This document shows positions 57,417 through 64,000 of a DNA stretch of 64,000 bases, one piece after another. The translations under genes and the position numbers were made by a program. The stretch's first letter is position 1; each line of letters starts with the position of its first letter. Below the pieces are notes generated by a model. That model made no database searches. It worked only from the letters and a program-made list of their open reading frames with translations, and was not told the DNA's origin. Source of the DNA: Candidatus Saccharimonadia bacterium (GTDB lineage: Bacteria; Patescibacteriota; Saccharimonadia; Saccharimonadales; JALRHH01); contig JALRHH010000002.1 of assembly GCA_023253175.1 (NCBI GenBank), positions 256,199 through 320,198 on the forward strand, read 5' to 3'.

Positions 57417-59549
57417 ATGGGTTCAACCATTAATCCTTACGGAAAAGATATCATCAAAGTAGAGACCGAGTGGTGCGGACGCACGCTGTCACTCGAGGTA
57501 AACCGCGTTGGGTTCCGAACATCAGCATCTGTTATTGTGCGCTATGGTGACACCGTGGTACTTGGTACGGCTATGGTCGGCAAGACACCTGTTAGCATGG
57601 ATTATTTCCCATTGTCGATTGACTATGAAGAGAAGTTCTACGCAGCTGGCAAGATCAGCGGCAGCCGCTTTATTAAGCGCGAAGGTCGTCCATCTGACGA
57701 CGCAATCCTGATCGGCCGTCTCATTGATCGCCCAATTCGTCCGCTCTGGCCAAAAGGCTACCGCTACGAAGTACAGGGCGTCGCATCAGTGCTTTCAATG
57801 GATCCAGCCTTCCGCCCAGATATGGTTGCCATGGTTGCGACATCAGCAGCCTTGATGCTCACTGGCGCACCATACGAAGGTCCAGTTGCTGGTCTTCGCG
57901 TTGGCATCACTGAAACGGGTGAATACAAGGCATTTATGTCTGCCGAAGAACTCGATAAGAATGTGCTAGACCTTGTCGTTGCGGGTAACGCAAATGGCGT
58001 GATGATGGTAGAAGCAGGTGCAAATGAAGCGACCGAAGAACAGGTTGTGGGTGCACTTGAATGGGCTCAGGCAGCCATCCAGCCAGCAATCAAATTGCAG
58101 CAGCAGCTCGTAGAAAAAGTTGGTGTTACACCTCAAGAATATGAATTGGTGCTACCAAATGCCGATATTCAAACAGAAGTTGATGCATGGGTTGATGGCA
58201 AACTTGGCGCGCCGCTCCGTAAGGCATATCCAGAGCGAAACGAGCTCGTGAACGCAATGCGTGATGAGTTTGACGCTGCAATGGCAGAAAAGCTTGGTGA
58301 CGATTACCCAGATGTTAAAAATGATTACCACGAAGCCTTTACGATGGCGCTTCACAAGGATGTCCGGAAGGGCATTATCGCTGATGGTGTGCGTCCTGAT
58401 GGTCGTAAGCTTGACGAGATTCGTCCACTTTCAAGTGAAGTCGGTCTATTACCTCGTGCGCATGGTTCAAGCCTCTTTACCCGTGGTATGACCCAGGGCC
58501 TAAACATTGTGACGCTTGCGCCGCTGAGCTATGCACAGCTTGTCGACACTATGGAAAAGAATGTTGAACGCCGTTACATGCACCACTACAACGCACCTGG
58601 CTACACCGTCGGTGAGGTTCGTCGTCTTGGTTCACCTGGTCGCCGAGAAATCGGTCACGGTTACCTCGCAGAGCGCGCAATTACTGCCGTGCTTCCAACA
58701 GAAGCAGAGTTCCCATATACCATCCGTTCCGTAACTGAAATCATGAGCCAGAACGGATCGACCTCTATGGCTGCGACTTGTTCAAGTGTGCTTGCACTGA
58801 TGGACGCTGGTGTGCCGCTGAAGGCACCAGTTTCTGGTATCGCCATGGGTCTGATGATCGACGGTGATAAGCCATACGTACTCAGCGACATTGCCGATGC
58901 AGAAGACTTTGCGGGTGATATGGACTTTAAGGTAACCGGAACCAGCAAGGGTATTACTGCACTGCAAATGGATATGAAAGTTCACGGTCTGCCTGTTTCT
59001 GTGCTCAAGGTCGCGCTTGATCAGGGCAAGGAAGGCCGCGCGTACATTCTTGAACACATGCTTAGTACAATCGCCGAGCCTCGCACAGAGCTGAGCCCGT
59101 ACGCACCACGCGTTGAATCGATCACCATTAACCCAGACAAGATCCGTGAAGTGATCGGTAAGGGCGGTGAAACAATTCAAAAGATCGTGGCTGAGACTGG
59201 CGCTGAAATCGACATCAAGGATGACGGTACCGTGATGATCGCGTCACCCGATGGCAAGTCGATCGAGGCCGCCAAGCAGTGGATTCAATCTATCGTTGAA
59301 GAACCAGAAGTCGGCCGTATCTACGAGGACCGCCTAGTGGTCAGTGTTATGGACTTTGGTGCCTTCGTGCAGATCCTGCCAGGCAAGGACGGACTCGTAC
59401 ATGTCTCAGAGATGAGCGAAGAGCGCGTTGAAAAGCCGTCAGATATCGTGAAAGAAGGCGACAAAGTTACCGTAAAACTAGTAGCAATTGATGACCGCGG
59501 TCGGCTACAATTAAGTATGAAGGCAGCTCAACGAGAGCTAAACAAATAG
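57417..59549 (+). CDS. pnp: Polyribonucleotide nucleotidyltransferase
   Basis: RLIDRPIRP, RREIGHG, GDMDFKV, KH and S1 domains. Confidence 0.98.
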   Translation: MGSTINPYGKDIIKVETEWCGRTLSLEVNRVGFRTSASVIVRYGDTVVLGTAMVGKTPVSMDYFPLSIDYEEKFYAAGKISGSRFIKREGRPSDDAILIGRLIDRPIRPLWPKGYRYEVQGVASVLSMDPAFRPDMVAMVATSAALMLTGAPYEGPVAGLRVGITETGEYKAFMSAEELDKNVLDLVVAGNANGVMMVEAGANEATEEQVVGALEWAQAAIQPAIKLQQQLVEKVGVTPQEYELVLPNADIQTEVDAWVDGKLGAPLRKAYPERNELVNAMRDEFDAAMAEKLGDDYPDVKNDYHEAFTMALHKDVRKGIIADGVRPDGRKLDEIRPLSSEVGLLPRAHGSSLFTRGMTQGLNIVTLAPLSYAQLVDTMEKNVERRYMHHYNAPGYTVGEVRRLGSPGRREIGHGYLAERAITAVLPTEAEFPYTIRSVTEIMSQNGSTSMAATCSSVLALMDAGVPLKAPVSGIAMGLMIDGDKPYVLSDIADAEDFAGDMDFKVTGTSKGITALQMDMKVHGLPVSVLKVALDQGKEGRAYILEHMLSTIAEPRTELSPYAPRVESITINPDKIREVIGKGGETIQKIVAETGAEIDIKDDGTVMIASPDGKSIEAAKQWIQSIVEEPEVGRIYEDRLVVSVMDFGAFVQILPGKDGLVHVSEMSEERVEKPSDIVKEGDKVTVKLVAIDDRGRLQLSMKAAQRELNK

Positions 59550-59557
59550 TTAGCATC

Positions 59558-59761
59558 ATGGCAGTACAAAAACTCAAGTGGTATCGGACAAAACAAGGCT
59601 ACGCCGGACTTGCGCTACTTGAGTTTGTACTTGTGTACCTTTTCGCAAGCCTCGCGATTAACTCCGGCAGTTTACTGCAGTGGTTTTTAACCTTCGTATT
59701 ATTAATCGCAGGAGTTCAGAATATCGGTAAGCTCGCATTCGCACTTTGGAAGCATGAATAA
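59558..59761 (+). CDS. Small membrane protein
   Basis: Two TM helices, ASLAINSGSLLQW. Confidence 0.65.
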   Translation: MAVQKLKWYRTKQGYAGLALLEFVLVYLFASLAINSGSLLQWFLTFVLLIAGVQNIGKLAFALWKHE

Positions 59762-60347
59762 ACAGCAACTTCTTGATCAGATTAGGGCAGATATTATCTC
59801 AGACAATGTCTGTCCAGATTTGGCTAAGACAGCCAAGAACCTTGTAATCGGTGATGGTAACCCTGATGCTAACATCGTATTTATTGGTGAAGCACCAGGT
59901 AAAAACGAGGACGAGCAAGGTCTCCCATTCGTGGGAGCATCCGGTAAATTTCTCAATGAAATGCTTGCCAGTGTAGGTCTAGAGCGAAAAGACATTTTTA
60001 TTACGAATATCGTAAAGTATCGTCCGCCAAATAACCGCGATCCATTACCACAAGAAAAAAAGGACTTTCTGCCATATTTGCAGCGCCAGCTTGAAGTGAT
60101 TGCGCCCAAGGTTGTGATAACCCTTGGTCGTCATAGTACCAATTGCTTTTTGCCGGATCTGCAAATCAGTAAAGCCCACGGTGAACCGAAGCGCATAAAG
60201 CTCCAGTTCAAGGAAAATGATGATGTGCTCGAAGTCGTGATCCTGCCACTCTACCACCCAGCAGCAGCGCTGTATAACGGTGGTATGCGTCAGACATTAC
60301 TTGATGACTTCAGCGCCATTCCAGCAATCCTCAAGAAAATTAATTAA
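59754..60347 (+). CDS. Uracil-DNA glycosylase family 4-like
   Basis: FIGEAPG..ED..G.PFVG, YRPPNNRDP, YHPAA. Confidence 0.92.
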   Translation: MNKQQLLDQIRADIISDNVCPDLAKTAKNLVIGDGNPDANIVFIGEAPGKNEDEQGLPFVGASGKFLNEMLASVGLERKDIFITNIVKYRPPNNRDPLPQEKKDFLPYLQRQLEVIAPKVVITLGRHSTNCFLPDLQISKAHGEPKRIKLQFKENDDVLEVVILPLYHPAAALYNGGMRQTLLDDFSAIPAILKKIN

Positions 60348-60374
60348 TATCAAATCTCACATAGAGAGGAATAT

Positions 60375-62441
60375 ATGAACCCAGAAAAAAAGAATAACCC
60401 AAAGGGAAATAGACCCCAAAAGGACAACAACCAGAATCAAAACGGCAACGCAGGCGGTAGCTCACGTGTTTCACGCGGTGCAGCAATTCGCGCACAGCGT
60501 CGAACCCAAGAAGACGCGCACCGTATCGCTAATCAGTACCTTGATGCGGCAAGTATGCAGAATGCAGAAGGCAAGCCTCGTGCTAACTTCATCGATGACA
60601 GCCCACGCCTCAAGGTCATTGGCCTCGGCGGTATGGACGGTGGTGGTTCAAAGAACACTATGCTTGTCGAATATATGAACGATGCAGTTATTATCGACTG
60701 CGGTAACGATCTTGGTGTTGATTTGCCGGGTATTAATTACGGTATCGCCGACATGACGTACCTTGAAAGCATCCGCCACAAGCTCCGCGGCTATGTGATT
60801 ACCCACGGACACCTTGATCACATTGGCGGCTTGCCGCACATCGTACCAAAATTCCCAGCGCCGATTTACGGATCACGCTTTACCATTGGCCGTGTTGAAG
60901 AAATCTTTGAAAACTTTGGCCTACCAATGCCAGAAGGCTTTGAGCTTCAGACTGTCATCATGAATGAAGATACCCACGAACGACTTAAGGTTGGCCAGTT
61001 CTTCGTCGAGCTCGTGCGCGTAACGCACTCGATCCCAGGATCTACCGTTGTCGTGCTCGATACGCCTGTCGGACGTATCATTAACACCGGTGACTTCCGT
61101 CTTGACCCGAACCCACTTGACCACGAACGTACCGATGTTGATCGCCTCAAGGAACTCGGGGACGAAGGTGTGCTCGCACTCTTTTCAGAAAGTACTACGA
61201 CAGAACGTATGGGAAGAACCCCATCAGAAAGCACAATCGAGCAGAGCTTTATTGATATCTTAGATCAAGCTCCTGGCCGTGTATTTGCCGGTCTCTTTAG
61301 TACCAACATGAACCGCGTGCAGATGATCGTAAACGCAGCCGTGCACCACAACCGTAAGGTTGCAATGGACGGACGAAGTATGGTTAGTACGCTTGAAATG
61401 GCTGTGCGTAACGGCTTCTTTAAGGTACCAAAGGGTACGTTTGTGCCAATTGCTAACGTGCCAAATATGAAGGACAACGAAGTTGTTGTTGTCTGTACGG
61501 GTAGTCAGGGTGAGCCTTCATCTGCGCTGCAGCGTATGTCATCGGGTGATCACCGCCACATCAAGCTCAAGGAGCAGGACACGGTTATCCTCAGCTCTTC
61601 ACCAATTCCAGAATCTGGTAACGATGCACTCATCGGTACGATGGTTGATGGTCTGATCCGAAAGGGTGTGCACGTATTCGAGCACCGAAACCACGAACTA
61701 GATGGTGTTGGTCCGCTGCACGTATCCGGTCACGCATCTCGTGATGAATATGCAGATATGATTAACTTCACGCGTCCACAGTTCTTTGTGCCGATTTACG
61801 GTGCGTACCGTTCAAAACAGCGTCACATTGATATCGCAATCGAGCAGGGAATTCCACGCAAGAATACCCTCAACGCTGATAATGGCCAGGTGATTGCCTT
61901 TACGCCAGAATCTATGGAAGTTGTTGGTGAAGTGCCGCATGGTACCGTGCTCGTTGATCAGACTGGCGCGATCGTCAGTAACGTCGTTATCAAGGACCGT
62001 TTGATGCTGGCGGAGGAAGGACTGGTTGCAGTTGTTCTGACCGTTGACAAGAAGTCAGGAAACCTCATGACAAGCCCAGACATTATTACCCGCGGCTTTA
62101 TCTACATCCGTGACTCAGAGGAGCTGATGAACTCCTTCCGTATTGAGCTGAAGCGGGCAGTGCAGCAGCGCTTCAAGCGCATTGATCTTGATCGCTTCAA
62201 GGCAGAGCTTAAGGATCACATTACGCACTTCCTATTCGAAAAGACTGGTCGCTCACCGATTGTTATCCCAGTTGTAAACGTCATTGGTGGCGGCGGAAAC
62301 GGCGGCAAGCAGGGCGATAAGAAGCAGCAGGGCGGCAAGCAGCAGCCAGAAAAGACCCCAGAACAGATTGCGGTTGATCAGCAGCAGCGCTTTGAGCAAA
62401 TGCGCGCCAAATTACTCGGCCAAGACGCCAGGACTGACTAA
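60375..62441 (+). CDS. rnj: Ribonuclease J
   Basis: THGHLDHIGG, HSIP, TGDF, TGSQGEP, HVSGHA. Confidence 0.96.
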   Translation: MNPEKKNNPKGNRPQKDNNQNQNGNAGGSSRVSRGAAIRAQRRTQEDAHRIANQYLDAASMQNAEGKPRANFIDDSPRLKVIGLGGMDGGGSKNTMLVEYMNDAVIIDCGNDLGVDLPGINYGIADMTYLESIRHKLRGYVITHGHLDHIGGLPHIVPKFPAPIYGSRFTIGRVEEIFENFGLPMPEGFELQTVIMNEDTHERLKVGQFFVELVRVTHSIPGSTVVVLDTPVGRIINTGDFRLDPNPLDHERTDVDRLKELGDEGVLALFSESTTTERMGRTPSESTIEQSFIDILDQAPGRVFAGLFSTNMNRVQMIVNAAVHHNRKVAMDGRSMVSTLEMAVRNGFFKVPKGTFVPIANVPNMKDNEVVVVCTGSQGEPSSALQRMSSGDHRHIKLKEQDTVILSSSPIPESGNDALIGTMVDGLIRKGVHVFEHRNHELDGVGPLHVSGHASRDEYADMINFTRPQFFVPIYGAYRSKQRHIDIAIEQGIPRKNTLNADNGQVIAFTPESMEVVGEVPHGTVLVDQTGAIVSNVVIKDRLMLAEEGLVAVVLTVDKKSGNLMTSPDIITRGFIYIRDSEELMNSFRIELKRAVQQRFKRIDLDRFKAELKDHITHFLFEKTGRSPIVIPVVNVIGGGGNGGKQGDKKQQGGKQQPEKTPEQIAVDQQQRFEQMRAKLLGQDARTD

Positions 62442-62445
62442 CACA

Positions 62446-62554
62446 ACAGGGCACGGCGTATCGCTGCGGCAGAAATTCCAGTACTCGTGCACCGTATTAT
62501 AAATACGGCTTACTCTGTGCTTCGTTTCTTTCTTGCACTACATCCATGACCTGT
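62446..62554. repeat. Long REP/MITE-like palindromic element, family B copy 2 (inverted relative to copy 1)
   Basis: - strand reads AGTGCAA...GAGTAAGCCGTA-tttataa-TACGGTGCACGAG with flanking stems. Confidence 0.6.
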
Positions 62555-62605
62555 CGGTTTAGTTCATTCCTGATCCGCGCCGACTAGTTTGCTACAATAG
62601 TGACC

Positions 62606-63082
62606 ATGGATAAACTGACTTCAGACGTGATTCGTGCTCATAAAGGCATAAGTTTCGTCGGGGTTACTACTAGTTTCTTGTGTTACGACAGTGATGGTTA
62701 TTTCGTAATGGCAAAACGAGGCAAGCAGGCACGTGACGAGCAGGGGACCTGGGACCAAGGTGGTGGCGGCCTAAAGTGGGGGGTTACCGCAGAGGATAAT
62801 GTACGCAGAGAAGTCTTGGAAGAGTATGGTGCAACTGCCCGGCAGATAGATTTTATCGGCTACCGAGATGTGTTTCGAACATTGCCGGATGGAACAAAAA
62901 CACACTGGCTTTTACTTTCTTTTGCTGTGTTGGTAAACAGGGAAGAGGTGCGCAATAACGAGCCAGAGGTGTTGGATGAAATCGGTTGGTTTACTTTGGA
63001 CACATTGCCAACTCCGTTACATTCCCAGCAACTACCGCTATTCAAGCAGTATCCGGACGAACTTGCCCAGTTTATACGCTAG
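62606..63082 (+). CDS. NUDIX hydrolase
   Basis: WDQGGGGLKWGVTAEDNVRREVLEEYG. Confidence 0.88.
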   Translation: MDKLTSDVIRAHKGISFVGVTTSFLCYDSDGYFVMAKRGKQARDEQGTWDQGGGGLKWGVTAEDNVRREVLEEYGATARQIDFIGYRDVFRTLPDGTKTHWLLLSFAVLVNREEVRNNEPEVLDEIGWFTLDTLPTPLHSQQLPLFKQYPDELAQFIR

Positions 63083-63160
63083 TCTTTGGAGCACGGTTTG
63101 TTTATATTTTGTTCGGCCTTAGCATTGACGCTCATGCTTATTTGTGCTAAAATATACAAC

Positions 63161-63439
63161 ATGGAACAGCAGCAGCCAGACGAACGATCACATCTTGATT
63201 ACCCAGAGCCACTTCGTGCTTCTATTGATACGCTTGTTGAACAGCTTGCGGACCGCGAAAGCCTGGATTCAGCCATGAGATGGGCTATGCTTAGGCAGAA
63301 AGAATTGTATGAAGAGAATCGCTGGAAGCGAGCAATGAATAAAGCGATTACCCCTCATGAAGAAGAAGAGCTCGAAGAAATTACCTCGACATTACTTAGT
63401 CTTCAACGCTTAAATGAAAAGTACAATCCGGATCAATAA
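63161..63439 (+). CDS. Hypothetical protein
   Basis: TTGACG-17 nt-TAAAAT promoter 7 nt before ATG. Confidence 0.6.
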   Translation: MEQQQPDERSHLDYPEPLRASIDTLVEQLADRESLDSAMRWAMLRQKELYEENRWKRAMNKAITPHEEEELEEITSTLLSLQRLNEKYNPDQ

Positions 63440-63459
63440 CTGATATAATCGATAGCGAA

Positions 63460-64000
63460 ATGGCAAAGAAAAAACAAACCAGAAAAAAGAAACCAGCAAA
63501 GCAGGAGGTTCAAGAGCCTTCACTGTTTTGGGCAGTAACGTGGGGCGTTGTCCTTATCGTTTTATCTATTCTTTTACTGCTTGGCGGTTTTAACGATGGT
63601 GGTACTTTACCAAAAGCGCTCTATGATGGTGTCGCGAGTGCCTTTGGTTGGGTAGCATTTGTTGCCGCAATTGCGCTGCTGCACCTTGCGATCCGTAAGT
63701 TTATGGACGAAGAGAAGCGGCTTCCTAAACTAAAGACGCTGTTCTCGTTTCTATTTTTGGCATTTCTATCAGGACTGAGCTTTGTGCTCAGCGCCAAGAA
63801 AGATGAGTTAACGCAAGAATATACTACGGGCGGTGGTGGAAGTATTGGCGCGGCAGTCGGCGGCGCATCACTTGGTATGCTCGACGTCGTGCTCTCTACG
63901 ATTACACTTATTATCTTACTGTCTGTCACATTCTGTCTTGCAACGGGCGTGCCGCTGAAGTCACTACTGACCCCATTCAAGGCACTCTTTAAGAAGCGCG
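63460..64000 (+). CDS. ftsK: DNA translocase FtsK, N-terminal TM region (partial)
   Basis: MAKKKQTRKK then multiple TM helices with GG.IG motif; lies downstream of rnj; motor domain outside the window. Confidence 0.7.
   Translation, partial: MAKKKQTRKKKPAKQEVQEPSLFWAVTWGVVLIVLSILLLLGGFNDGGTLPKALYDGVASAFGWVAFVAAIALLHLAIRKFMDEEKRLPKLKTLFSFLFLAFLSGLSFVLSAKKDELTQEYTTGGGGSIGAAVGGASLGMLDVVLSTITLIILLSVTFCLATGVPLKSLLTPFKALFKKR

Noticed and set aside
63621..63980. 119-aa minus-strand ORF
   Set aside because: Shadow of the + strand FtsK-like reading frame that runs off the window
1..64000. Alternative genetic code (TGA=Gly, as in Gracilibacteria/Absconditabacteria)
   Set aside because: Conserved genes translate full-length in code 11, and TGA terminates polA and mutM
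1..64000. CRISPR array, tRNA/rRNA, prophage or IS transposase
   Set aside because: No regularly spaced repeats, cloverleafs, or phage/transposase motifs recognised by eye

Overview
Chromosomal segment of a small-genome bacterium, most likely Patescibacteria/CPR (Saccharibacteria-like). This is an inference from the compact housekeeping genes, short Gram-positive-type RpoD, PGI/PMI, CarS-like gene, K/A-tailed S20 and near-universal leaderless promoters. The backbone is housekeeping (valS, tsaD, murE, groES/EL with CIRCE, argS, orn, dnaG-rpoD, polA, mutM, holA, rpsT, truB, rpsO-pnp, rnj, ftsK) interleaved with single orphan genes. No rRNA, tRNA, CRISPR array, integrase or transposase was recognised. 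The most unusual structure is at ~13.1-15.95 kb: two convergent, self-contained cassettes, each a small ORF with very high third-position GC (hand counts ~86% and ~80%) and a Shine-Dalgarno site. Each is embedded in a heavily base-paired RNA with long-range 5'-3' pairing, G-U pairs on the coding strand and a GGGC...GCCC terminal hairpin followed by a C-run. They bracket a kinase-like gene pair. Also found: two families of dispersed covarying palindromic elements (one beside a duplicated gene 3' end), an Arr-like ADP-ribosyltransferase, a GNAT-like gene split by an in-frame TAG, and a 48-bp palindrome with a parS-like core.
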